Source: a virus (lineage: Duplodnaviria; Caudoviricetes). Taken from it: DNA of 64,000 nt. Shown here in pieces: positions 37,134 through 46,800 of this stretch (position 1 is its first letter; each line of letters opens with the position of its first letter). The DNA lies in IMG/VR virus record IMGVR_UViG_3300006099_000008, positions 1,219 to 65,218 of that record. The stretch is one strand, 5' to 3'. The notes below the pieces were generated by a model. It was not told the DNA's origin, did no database searches, and was given only the letters and a program-made list of their open reading frames with translations. The translations under genes were made by a program, and so were the position numbers.

Positions 37134-37385
37134 ATGAGAGAATTAAGAATTGAATTACCAGATCATGAAGAAAGGAGAATGGCTATTAACACTATAGCAA
37201 TTATTGCAGAAAAGTATGGCTTGGAATATGATGCGCTGAAGTTTCCTAAGTTAAAGGTTATTGACGAAACAACAGGCGAAATTATATTTGAGTCAAGCGG
37301 CATGGTAAAGTGCTATGTAAGCGGAAATGATTCTGATGTGAAAAATTTCTTGTCTGAAATAAAATCTTTGATTGATGAACGCTAA
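37134..37385 (+). CDS. hypothetical protein (cassette)
   Basis: Motif at 37073, AGGAGG RBS, hairpin after the stop. Confidence 0.6.
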   Translation: MRELRIELPDHEERRMAINTIAIIAEKYGLEYDALKFPKLKVIDETTGEIIFESSGMVKCYVSGNDSDVKNFLSEIKSLIDER

Positions 37386-37419
37386 AAGAAAGAGAGCCAG
37401 CAAACTCTGGCTCTTAGTT

Positions 37420-37770
37420 TTATTTTTCCTTATGGCTTTTTAATATGTATGAAACATATGGCTCCGAAATGTCTAACTCAAAAGCAATATCTTTTTGAAG
37501 CATACCTTGTTTTTTCATTTCTAAAATGTTTTCAATATAGTCTATTTTGCGAGTTTTATTTGGAACAGAAGACACTCGCAATTCACAGTGATTAGTACTA
37601 TATGAAGCGAGCTCGGCAGTCATTATTCCAAGTTTGGAATTATAACGTATTGACATACGGTTTCCTTTTTTGATAATTTCGGTATTCGGATTATCCAATA
37701 TTTGGTTAATTGTAAGATTTCCGATTTCACTTAAAAGAGTGGGTTTATTGGCAGTTAAATCGTCTTTCAT
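37420..37770 (-). CDS. protein with C-terminal HTH (candidate lysogeny regulator)
   Basis: GMLQKDIAFELDISEPYVSYIL; AAGGAGG RBS. Confidence 0.6.
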   Translation of the reverse strand: MKDDLTANKPTLLSEIGNLTINQILDNPNTEIIKKGNRMSIRYNSKLGIMTAELASYSTNHCELRVSSVPNKTRKIDYIENILEMKKQGMLQKDIAFELDISEPYVSYILKSHKEK

Positions 37771-37861
37771 AGATGTCCTCCTTAAACAAATTTATTAAAT
37801 TTAATAAATTTATTATATGCAAGAATGCGCAGAAAGTCAATAAAATTATATTTGCAGATTA

Positions 37862-37888
37862 CGCGAATTTTACAACCCCTTTTATGAA
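37862..37888 (+). promoter_or_regulatory. phage-specific motif copy 8
   Basis: cgcgaatttt acaacccctt ttatgaa. Confidence 0.75.
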
Positions 37889-37922
37889 AACCAATGAGCT
37901 ATATTGAAAGGAGTTAAGGAGT

Positions 37923-38141
37923 ATGGACGAAATGAAGATTGTATCTAAATTCACAAGGAACTTGATTTCCAAATTAGTAAAAATGATGTTGAAGAAGAAG
38001 CTGGGTTACAATATTGATATTCAGCTTAATGAAATGGACATCACTATTATTGATGGAAAAGCACATGTTCATTTGAGTGCAGATGCGGAACTTGAGAAAA
38101 ACGAGCTTATGAAAATTATAAAAAATGTTGGTTTAGATTGA
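37923..38141 (+). CDS. hypothetical protein (cassette)
   Basis: Motif at 37862; RBS present. Confidence 0.6.
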   Translation: MDEMKIVSKFTRNLISKLVKMMLKKKLGYNIDIQLNEMDITIIDGKAHVHLSADAELEKNELMKIIKNVGLD

Positions 38142-38165
38142 GGCTTTACGCGGCCTCTTTCTTTT

Positions 38166-38192
38166 CGCGAAAAATACATATTGTTTTATGAA
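38166..38192 (+). promoter_or_regulatory. phage-specific motif copy 9
   Basis: cgcgaaaaat acatattgtt ttatgaa. Confidence 0.75.
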
Positions 38193-38208
38193 AGGAGGCG
38201 ACAGCTTT

Positions 38209-38367
38209 ATGAAGATAAGTAAAACTACGATTAAAAACATAGGGACTATTATGTCTATAATTGGAAGTGGGGTGACTCTCGCATCTAAGGTTATTGATAA
38301 AATAGAACTGGAGGAGATAATCAAAGAAAAGGTCAATGAAGTGTTAGCCGAAAAAGGATTTAGATAA
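38209..38367 (+). CDS. 52-aa protein (cassette; not in the ORF track)
   Basis: Motif at 38166, AAAGGAGG RBS; MKISKTTIKNIGTIMSIIGSGVTLASKVIDKIELEEIIKEKVNEVLAEKGFR. Confidence 0.6.
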   Translation: MKISKTTIKNIGTIMSIIGSGVTLASKVIDKIELEEIIKEKVNEVLAEKGFR

Positions 38368-38405
38368 GCCCTTGGCAGGGCTTTTTATTTTTTTGGAGGA
38401 ATGCT

Positions 38406-38699
38406 ATGGAAGAGGCTAAAGAACGAATGTTAAGAATGATATACGATTATATAAATGAAGCGCCTGAGGTTATATCTTGCATTAGAAGCCATGACTTTGC
38501 ACAAAGGAGTTATTCAAATTGGGCGGCAAAAGAACTGCTCAGATATATTGAGAGCAGAAAGTCATATCCGCCATTGCTTGCATTAGAGGACTTTAAAGAC
38601 AGAATGGACAAATATTCATGTCTCAATCCTAACACAAGCTATATATTCTCTGTAGCATATGACATGGCCGAATATGTAATAAATTCAATTTTAAATTGA
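38406..38699 (+). CDS. hypothetical protein
   Basis: GGAGG RBS; ORF track. Confidence 0.6.
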   Translation: MEEAKERMLRMIYDYINEAPEVISCIRSHDFAQRSYSNWAAKELLRYIESRKSYPPLLALEDFKDRMDKYSCLNPNTSYIFSVAYDMAEYVINSILN

Positions 38700-38735
38700 A
38701 AATAAATAATTTTTATACCTTAAAGGAGAATTATT

Positions 38736-39503
38736 ATGAAAAAAACAAATTTAACAAAAGCAGCTCGGTTAATGTATATGGCAATTAAAAAAAGAAGTCC
38801 TGAAATATTAACAGGAATTGGAATTGCCGGAATGGTTACGACAACTGTTTTGGCAGTAAAAGCGACTCCTAAAGCGCTGCTTCTAATCGAAGAAAAGAAG
38901 GAAAAAGATGAAGACGACAAGCTTACAAATGTTGAGGTAGTAAAAACAACATGGTTTTGTTATGTTCCGGCAGTTGTTACCGGAGGTATGTCAATACTTT
39001 GTTTAGTCGGGGCAAATTCAATAAACGCACACCGAAGAGCTGCTTTAGCGGCGGCGTATGCTCTTTCGGAATCAGCGTTAAAAGGATATAGGGAAAAAGT
39101 TATAGAGAGTATCGGCGAGAAAAAAGAAATTGCCGTTAGAGATGCTATAGCAAGAGACGAGATTGAGAAAAACACGTTCACAAACCGGGAAGTGATTGTT
39201 TCGGGAAAAGGGAATACCCTTTGCTACGATGCTATATCCGGGAGATACTTCTATTCGGATATTGAAGAGCTGAGAAAAGCGGTAAATGAGCTTAACCGCC
39301 AAATGATTGATGAAATGTATGTATCTTTAAACGACCTTTATTATGAAATAGGTTTGTCTGACATACGCATTGGAAACGACCTTGGCTGGAATGTCGACGA
39401 CTTAATTGAGCTTCGCTTCAGCTCACAGCTTGCAAAGAATGAAACGCCTTGTCTTGTGCTGGACTATATTACGCCGCCTAAATATGCTTATCGCGAAATA
39501 TAG
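38736..39503 (+). CDS. DUF6353-like membrane-anchored protein
   Basis: KKRSPEILTGIGIAG..LAVKATPKA; paralogue of 40965..41897. Confidence 0.6.
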   Translation: MKKTNLTKAARLMYMAIKKRSPEILTGIGIAGMVTTTVLAVKATPKALLLIEEKKEKDEDDKLTNVEVVKTTWFCYVPAVVTGGMSILCLVGANSINAHRRAALAAAYALSESALKGYREKVIESIGEKKEIAVRDAIARDEIEKNTFTNREVIVSGKGNTLCYDAISGRYFYSDIEELRKAVNELNRQMIDEMYVSLNDLYYEIGLSDIRIGNDLGWNVDDLIELRFSSQLAKNETPCLVLDYITPPKYAYREI

Positions 39504-39509
39504 AGGGCA

Positions 39510-39536
39510 CGCGAAAAATACAACGTCTTTAATGAA
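39510..39536 (+). promoter_or_regulatory. phage-specific motif copy 10
   Basis: cgcgaaaaat acaacgtctt taatgaa. Confidence 0.7.
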
Positions 39537-39578
39537 GAAACTATTATATATTTTCTAATTACGAAAGGAGTAATAAGT

Positions 39579-39836
39579 ATGGAAACTAATGAAATCAGAA
39601 ACAATGAAGAAGTTATCGAAATGGCTGCTGAGGAGGTTACAAAAGTAGGTTCCGAAGGAATGTTTACGATGGCGGCGGGAGTTGGTTTAACAATACTTGC
39701 GGGCGTAATCGTCTATAAGTATGTTGGAAAACCGATGATTGCCAAAATCAAAGACCACAGAGAACAGAAAAAGAAAGATCAGGGTGGTTTCGACGGCGAA
39801 ATAATTGAGGGCGAAATAGTATCCGAGAAAGAATAA
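39579..39836 (+). CDS. small TM protein (cassette)
   Basis: Motif at 39510; MAAGVGLTILAGVIVYKYV. Confidence 0.6.
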   Translation: METNEIRNNEEVIEMAAEEVTKVGSEGMFTMAAGVGLTILAGVIVYKYVGKPMIAKIKDHREQKKKDQGGFDGEIIEGEIVSEKE

Positions 39837-39894
39837 AAAAAGAAAATATTATAAAAGCGGAGGCGTCTGTAACAAGGCGCTTTCCCTTTTTTAT

Positions 39895-40098
39895 TTGGAG
39901 GTGACTTTAATGAAGAGATATTTGTATGACGGGCCGGTTATGGGGTTTGAAACGTGCATAGCAAGCCATTGGCAGGCTTCAACTTTTGCTGTATCAAAAA
40001 ATAAGGCAAAAAGTAATTTTTCTTATCAATTTAAGAAAAAGAACAATCGTATACCCAGCGCAAAAATTAGCTTGCCGGGAAAAATAACAGAAGCCTAA
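39895..40098 (+). CDS. hypothetical protein
   Basis: GGAGGTG RBS; probable start at ATG 39910. Confidence 0.55.
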   Translation: MEVTLMKRYLYDGPVMGFETCIASHWQASTFAVSKNKAKSNFSYQFKKKNNRIPSAKISLPGKITEA

Positions 40099-40113
40099 CA
40101 GAAGGAGGAAGAA

Positions 40114-40695
40114 ATGGAGGAATATAAATCTAATTCTCACAAATCAAAAGAAGAACGAAACGAAATAATCCAGGCTAAGAATATCAAAAAGGTTGTACAA
40201 GGCTCGGTGAAGGTTAAAAATAAAAATGGTATCTCAAAGTTAGCCGGTATATTTACAGCTGACGATATAGACGCAGCCAAGAGGTATGTCTTTGAGGACA
40301 TAGTTGTTCCGGCTATAAAAGATGTTCTTTTAGACTCGGTCAAGGTTTTTCTTGGCGTCAATGGAAGCAGAGACAGAACTTCCGCTTCTAAGGTTTCATA
40401 CAGAAGCTATTACGATAAAGAAAACAGCCGAACAAGCTACAGCAATAAATCCAGATATGATTACGACGATGTTGTTTTAAACAGCAGAGGCGAGGCGGAA
40501 GAAGTTTTATCACGAATGGACGAACTTATGTCTGTTTATGGACTGGTGAGTGTTGCGGACTTTTATGATTTAGTTGGCGTTGCCGGAAATTATACGGATA
40601 ACAAATACGGCTGGACAAACATCAGAAGCGCTTCGGTAGTTCGTGTACGCGATGGCTACATGATTAAACTTCCCAGGGCACTTCCATTGAATTAA
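40114..40695 (+). CDS. hypothetical protein sharing a C-terminal domain with the DUF6353-like pair
   Basis: GLVSVADFYDLVGV..NKYGW. Confidence 0.65.
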   Translation: MEEYKSNSHKSKEERNEIIQAKNIKKVVQGSVKVKNKNGISKLAGIFTADDIDAAKRYVFEDIVVPAIKDVLLDSVKVFLGVNGSRDRTSASKVSYRSYYDKENSRTSYSNKSRYDYDDVVLNSRGEAEEVLSRMDELMSVYGLVSVADFYDLVGVAGNYTDNKYGWTNIRSASVVRVRDGYMIKLPRALPLN

Positions 40696-40710
40696 GAAAC
40701 GGAGGTAAAA

Positions 40711-40968
40711 ATGTATAATTCAACTGACGAACAGGTGACGCACCCGAACCATTATCAGTCCGAAACAGGAATTGAGGTTATTGACGTTATTGAGGCGTTC
40801 ACATTTGAGCTCAAGGGAATTGAAGCAACTGATACTGGAAATGCAATTAAGTATATTTGCCGCTGGAAAAAGAAAAACGGCATTCAGGATTTGGAAAAAG
40901 CAATTTGGTATATACAGCATTTAATTAGTCATTTGAAAAAAATTGAAAAGGAGAGAAATCAAATATGA
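40711..40968 (+). CDS. DUF3310 (SaV-like) protein
   Basis: VTHPNHY..IEVIDVI..GNAIKYICRW.KKNG.QDLEKA.WY. Confidence 0.8.
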   Translation: MYNSTDEQVTHPNHYQSETGIEVIDVIEAFTFELKGIEATDTGNAIKYICRWKKKNGIQDLEKAIWYIQHLISHLKKIEKERNQI

Positions 40969-41897
40969 AAAAAACAGAATTTATTAGCAAATTAAGCGCT
41001 TCTTTATACAAAACAGGATTTAAGCTCAAAAAACACAGCCCCGAAATTCTTGTTGTTGCCGGCGTTATTGGAACAGTAGCGAGTGCCGTTATAGCCTGCA
41101 AGGCAACAACTAAAGCCGGGACAATTATCGAAAAGACCAAAGAAAGCATTGAAGCTATACATACCTGCGAATCATCAGAAGAATTAAACGACGAATATAC
41201 GCAGGAAGATATAAAAAAGGATTTGGCGATAGTATATGTTAATACGGGGATTGAATTTGCAAAATTATATGCGCCTTCAATAATACTTGGAACTTTGTCT
41301 ATCACAAGTATTTTAATGTCGCACAATATTATATCCAAACGTTGCATAGCCTTGTCGGCTGCTTATTCAACGGTGGCCAAAGGCTTTAAAGAATACCGCG
41401 GCAGAGTTGTTGAACGTTTTGGAGAAGATGTAGATCGTGAGCTGAAATATAACATAAAGGCGAAGAAACTTGAGGGAACAATTGTAGATGCTGAAACGGG
41501 AAAAGAAAAGAAGGTAAAAGAAACAGTTAATGTTGTTGGTATCGATGGATACAGCGATTATGCACGCTTTTTTGACGAAGGAAGCCCTAACTGGGAAAAA
41601 GATTCGGATTACAACCTTATGTTTCTTAGGGCCGAACAGAATTATGCAAATGACAGACTTAAAGCAAGGGGATATTTATTTTTAAATGAGGTATACGAGA
41701 GACTTGGCATAAAGCAGACTAAGGCCGGTCAGGTTGTTGGCTGGGTATATGATCCTAAAAATCCCGTTGGAGACAATTATGTTGATTTCGGAATTTACGA
41801 TGGAAAACGCGAGGTAAATCGCGATTTTGTGAACGGGTATGAGAATGTAATTCTTTTAGATTTTAATGTTGATGGAAATATACTTGATCTGATTTAA
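40965..41897 (+). CDS. DUF6353-like membrane-anchored protein
   Basis: KKHSPEILVVAGVIG..ACKATTK. Confidence 0.6.
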   Translation: MKKTEFISKLSASLYKTGFKLKKHSPEILVVAGVIGTVASAVIACKATTKAGTIIEKTKESIEAIHTCESSEELNDEYTQEDIKKDLAIVYVNTGIEFAKLYAPSIILGTLSITSILMSHNIISKRCIALSAAYSTVAKGFKEYRGRVVERFGEDVDRELKYNIKAKKLEGTIVDAETGKEKKVKETVNVVGIDGYSDYARFFDEGSPNWEKDSDYNLMFLRAEQNYANDRLKARGYLFLNEVYERLGIKQTKAGQVVGWVYDPKNPVGDNYVDFGIYDGKREVNRDFVNGYENVILLDFNVDGNILDLI

Positions 41898-41916
41898 TTG
41901 CCGGAGGTGTATAAAC

Positions 41917-42450
41917 TTGTTGTTTCGTATACTCTCTTCGTTTGTACTTTGTGTATATTTTATATTTTCATCAGGATTTATGTGCAATACAGACGAAGCG
42001 TTTAAAATGCTCCCAGCTATTACGGTCAGAGGTTTGGCATATGAATCAAATCACCATAAGGAGGAATTGCCAGAAGAAGTTTCAGAAAACAAAAAAGCGA
42101 ATATAAGCAAAAATGATATAGAATTAATCGCTTTAATTACTATGGCCGAAGCTGAGGGAGAATGCGAGGAAGGTAAGCGGCTTGTGATTGACACGATTCT
42201 CAATCGCTTAGACTCGGAATATTTTCCTGATACTATATACGAAGTGATTTATCAGCCAGGGCAATTTTCTTCAGTATGGAACGGACGTGTGGAACGCTGT
42301 GAAGTAAGAACGGATATTTGTGAACTTGTGGAAAAGGAAGCCGAAAAAAGAACAAACAGCGACGTTATATTTTTCACCGCCGGCTGTTACAGCAATTATG
42401 GAAAACCTTTGTTTCAGATTGGTAATCACTGTTTTTCAAGCTATCGTTAA
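41917..42450 (+). CDS. SleB-like cell wall hydrolase with N-terminal membrane/signal segment
   Basis: LIALITMAEAEGE..VIDTILNR...IYQPGQFS..IGNHCF. Confidence 0.85.
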   Translation: MLFRILSSFVLCVYFIFSSGFMCNTDEAFKMLPAITVRGLAYESNHHKEELPEEVSENKKANISKNDIELIALITMAEAEGECEEGKRLVIDTILNRLDSEYFPDTIYEVIYQPGQFSSVWNGRVERCEVRTDICELVEKEAEKRTNSDVIFFTAGCYSNYGKPLFQIGNHCFSSYR

Positions 42451-42464
42451 AAGGAGGTATATTT

Positions 42465-42566
42465 ATGCGTAACATTTTGACTTGTGTATCTTATATGTTT
42501 GCTGTTTTATCAGGAATTTGTTTTGTGAGCGGTATTGCAGTTTTGTCTGGCGGAAAGGAGAACTGA
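42465..42566 (+). CDS. 33-aa hydrophobic peptide (not in the ORF track)
   Basis: AAGGAGG RBS; MRNILTCVSYMFAVLSGICFVSGIAVLSGGKEN. Confidence 0.5.
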   Translation: MRNILTCVSYMFAVLSGICFVSGIAVLSGGKEN

Positions 42567-42568
42567 TT

Positions 42569-42733
42569 TTGAACGGGATTGAAAATATTATATCCATGCT
42601 TGACTATGTGCTTGATACAAAGCGGAAAAGGCATATTACAGGCGGCATTCTTTTGAGTGTTTCAATGTTGTTTGGAGGATTGGCGGTTACTGTAATAACA
42701 ATAAAGAACGAGGAGGATAGCTATGAGCGATAA
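42569..42733 (+). CDS. small TM protein
   Basis: GAAAGGAG RBS before TTG 42569. Confidence 0.5.
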   Translation: MNGIENIISMLDYVLDTKRKRHITGGILLSVSMLFGGLAVTVITIKNEEDSYER

Positions 42734-43298
42734 ACTAATAACGGTTGCAGCGCTTTTTGTTGGCGCGGCTATTGGGTCATTTATTACTTGGAAGTATGTC
42801 GGCAAAAAATACGATCAGATTATCCAGGAGGAAATTGATTCTGTGAAAGAGACGTTTTCTAAAAATAGAAATGCAGAATATGAAGAAATGGGCAAAGAAA
42901 TTTCAAAAGGAATTGAAGATGGTCTTGCAGAAAAAGATTCAGATTTAACATCTAAAATAAAAGATTATTCTGGAAGATTACAGAAGCAGAAGGAAAAATA
43001 TACAAATAATTCTAACTTCAATTCAGGAGCTCCGTACGTTATTACTCCAGAAGAATTTGGAGAATTTAACGATTATGAAAAATTCAGCTTAACTTATTAT
43101 GCCGATAAAGTTTTGGCAGATGAAAACGATGAGCTTATAGACGATGTTGAAGAAATTGTTGGTTTTGATTCTTTAAATCATTTTGGAGAATATGAGAACG
43201 ATTCAGTATTTGTTAGAAATGACGCGAAAAAGTGCGACTATGAAATACTGCTGGATCTAAGAAAGTATTCGGACGTCTATAAAAATATTCCGTATTAA
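42723..43298 (+). CDS. membrane-anchored hypothetical protein
   Basis: N-terminal TM, acidic C-terminal domain. Confidence 0.65.
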   Translation: MSDKLITVAALFVGAAIGSFITWKYVGKKYDQIIQEEIDSVKETFSKNRNAEYEEMGKEISKGIEDGLAEKDSDLTSKIKDYSGRLQKQKEKYTNNSNFNSGAPYVITPEEFGEFNDYEKFSLTYYADKVLADENDELIDDVEEIVGFDSLNHFGEYENDSVFVRNDAKKCDYEILLDLRKYSDVYKNIPY

Positions 43299-43309
43299 AT
43301 GGAGGCAAT

Positions 43310-43858
43310 ATGACAAAAAACAATTTGAAAAATGAGTATTTTAACTGGATATACGATTTTGTCTTCGATAAAAGATATTCCCAAAAGCTATCGTATAACA
43401 GACTTTTGCAAAAGCTTTATAGCATGGATTTTACATACGGCATTCCTATGGACGGCAATCGTGCCGAAGACGGAGTTGATCTAAGATACCGTTTTGGCGA
43501 GGAAAAAGAATATGATGATGCTGTAATTGCTGCGTATTTGGACGATTTCCCTTGCAGCGTTTTAGAAATGATGGTCGCTCTTGCCATAAGATGTGAGGAA
43601 CATATTATGGACGACCCTGAAATTGGGAACAGAACTGGCCAATGGTTTTGGAACATGATTGTTAATCTTGGATTGGGGATTATGAATGACTCAAATTTTG
43701 ATGAAGAATTTGTTGATGAAGTCATTAATAAATTCCTAAACAGAAAATATGAAAAAAACGGAAGAGGCGGTTTGTTTACTGTTAAAAACCACAGACGTGA
43801 TTTGCGTCAAGCCGAGATATGGTATCAAATGTGTTGGTATTTAGATGAGAACGCATAG
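43310..43858 (+). CDS. conserved phage hypothetical protein
   Basis: MDGNRAEDGVDLRYRF..CSVLEMMVALA..GGLF pattern. Confidence 0.65.
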   Translation: MTKNNLKNEYFNWIYDFVFDKRYSQKLSYNRLLQKLYSMDFTYGIPMDGNRAEDGVDLRYRFGEEKEYDDAVIAAYLDDFPCSVLEMMVALAIRCEEHIMDDPEIGNRTGQWFWNMIVNLGLGIMNDSNFDEEFVDEVINKFLNRKYEKNGRGGLFTVKNHRRDLRQAEIWYQMCWYLDENA

Positions 43859-43879
43859 AAGGAGGCGAATAAAATTGCA

Positions 43880-46800
43880 ATGATTGACTTTTTAATGATT
43901 GCAACGCGCAGTACAAAGCGCGGCATAATAGAAGTCTATCCAAAGTTTATTATCAAAAAAAGCTCTGATCTGATGATTAGGGGTGGTGATTTTTATGCCA
44001 TATGGATTGAAGAACGGGGCTTATGGTCTACCGACGAACAAGACGCTTTACAGATAATAGATAGTGAGCTTGATAAATATGCGGAAGAAAACCGGCTGAG
44101 CTTTAGCTCTGATATTAGAGTGCTGCACATGTGGGACGCCGAATCAGGCATGATTGACTCGTGGCATAAATATTGTCAGAAGCAATTGAGAGATTCATTT
44201 CATGCGCTTGACGATAAACTTATATTTTCTAATATGAAAACTAATAAAAAAGACTACGCCAGCAAAAGGTTGAACTATCCACTGGAAGCTGGCGATTTGT
44301 CTGCCTATGATAAGCTCATGTCAACTTTATATTCGGAGGAAGAACGACATAAAATTGAATGGGCAATTGGTTCCATTGTTTCTGGAGACTCTAAAAAATT
44401 ACAGAAATTCATGGTTTTTTATGGCGCGGCCGGAACGGGAAAGTCTACAGTAATAAATATCATTCAACAGTTATTTGACGGATATTACTCGGTGTTTGAC
44501 GCAAAGAATCTCGGCTCATCTAATAATTCATTTGCATTAGAAGCGTTCAGAGGCAATCCGCTTGTGGCAATTCAGCATGACGGAGACTTGTCCCGAATTG
44601 AAGACAATACAAGGCTTAACAGCTTGGTTTCCCACGAGTTGATGACTGTGAATGAAAAATTTAAGTCTACGTATTCCAACCGGTTTAAATGCTTTTTGTT
44701 CATGGGAACAAATAAACCGGTAAAGATTACGGACGCAAAATCGGGTCTTATACGAAGGCTGATTGACGTTACGCCGTCTGGAAATAAATTAAATCCAAAG
44801 GAATACAAAGCAACCGTAAAACAAATTAGTTTTGAGCTTGGTGCAATAGCTTATCATTGCAGGGAAGTATATTTGAATGATCCAGGTAAATATGACAATT
44901 ATATTCCTATAGCAATGCTTGGGGCTTCTAATGATTTTTACAATTTTGTGATGGACTCTTACCACGTGTTCAAGAAGGAAGACGGCACAAGCTTAGAAGC
45001 CGCTTGGAAGATGTATAATGCTTATTGTGAAGAGGCGAAGGTTAAAGTTCCGTTTCAAAAGAGGATTTTTAAAGAGGAGCTTAAGAATTACTTTAGTGAT
45101 TGTCAAAGACGCATTAGTTTGAATGACGGCTCCAGGGTGAGAAGCTATTACACAGGATTCCGGTTTGATAAATTTGGAGAAAATATAATTGGAGAAACAG
45201 AGGGAAAAGAGGAAAGCGGCGTTCAATGGCTTCAATTTAGCAGTACAGATTCTCTATTTGATTTAAAATGCGGAAGCTGTGCCGCGCAATATGCTACAGC
45301 TAAAGAAACGCCGCTAAAAAAATGGAGCGATGTTAAGACAAAATTGGCGGAACTGGATACGTCGAAAGTTCACTATGTCAGGGTTCCTGAAAATCACATT
45401 GTGATAGATTTCGATGTTACAGACGAAAACGGAAATAAATCTCTTGAGAAAAATATTGAGGAAGCCAATAAGTGGCCGGAAACTTATGCGGAGCTTAGCA
45501 AAAGCGGAAATGGAATACATCTTCATTATATTTATACAGGCGACGTTTCTAAACTAAGTCGTGTGTATGACGACAGCATAGAAGTTAAGATATTTACGGG
45601 CAACAGTTCCTTGAGACGAAAACTATCCAAATGCAATAATTTACCTATTGCGACAATAAGCTCCGGTTTGCCGCTGAAAGGAGAAAATAAAATGGTGAAT
45701 TTTGAAGCGATAAAGAGCGAGAAAGGGCTTAGAACGCTGATTAAACGTAATTTGAATAAAGAAATACACCCGGCCACTAAGCCCAGCGTTGACTTTATTT
45801 ATAAAATATTGGAAGATGCATATTCAAGCGGGCTGAATTATGATGTTACGGATATGCGCAACGCTGTATTGGCATTTGCGGCAAACAGCACGCATCAGGC
45901 CGACTACTGTATTAAGCTTGTAAATAAAATGCAGTTTAAGTCGCCGGATATATCAGCAGCGAAGAAAAACGATGACGCTAAATTAGTATTTTATGACGTT
46001 GAGGTATTTCCGAACTTATTTCTTGTAAACTGGAAAATCGAAGGCGAAGGCAAGCCGGTTGTGCGTATGATTAATCCGTCTCCAAACGAAATTGAGGATA
46101 TAATGCGCTTTAGGCTGGTTGGTTTTAACTGCCGCAGATATGACAATCATATTTTGTACGCAAGAATGATTGGCTATACAAACGAACAGCTATATAATCT
46201 TTCTCAGAAAATTATAAATGGGAGCGCTAACTGTTTCTTTGGTGAAGCTTACAATGTTTCTTATACGGACGTATATGATTTTTCCAGCAAAAAGCAATCT
46301 CTTAAAAAATTTGAGATTGAGCTTGGTATTCATCATCAGGAGCTGGGGCTTCCATGGGATCAGCCAGTGCCTGAAGAAATGTGGACAAAGGTGGCCGAAT
46401 ACTGTGACAACGATGTCATCGCAACGGAGGCGGTATTTAGCAATAGAAAGGCTGATTTTACTGCAAGACAGATACTGGCCGATGTGGCTGGAATGACAGT
46501 AAATGATACCACAAATACTCTTACCACAAGAATTATATTTGGAGGAAATAAGAAGCCTCAATCTCAGTTTAATTATCGTGATATGGGAGATATTTCGCTT
46601 AAACACCACACCGGAAATAACTTATATGATCCTGAATTTACAATATTTACAGAAGAAAATAAGCCGATATTCCCGGGATATGTGTTTGAAAACGGAAAAT
46701 CAATATACAGGGGCGAAGAGGTTGGGGAAGGCGGATATGTATATTCTGAACCCGGCATGTACAGCAATATTGCGTTGCTGGATATAGCTTCCATGCACCC

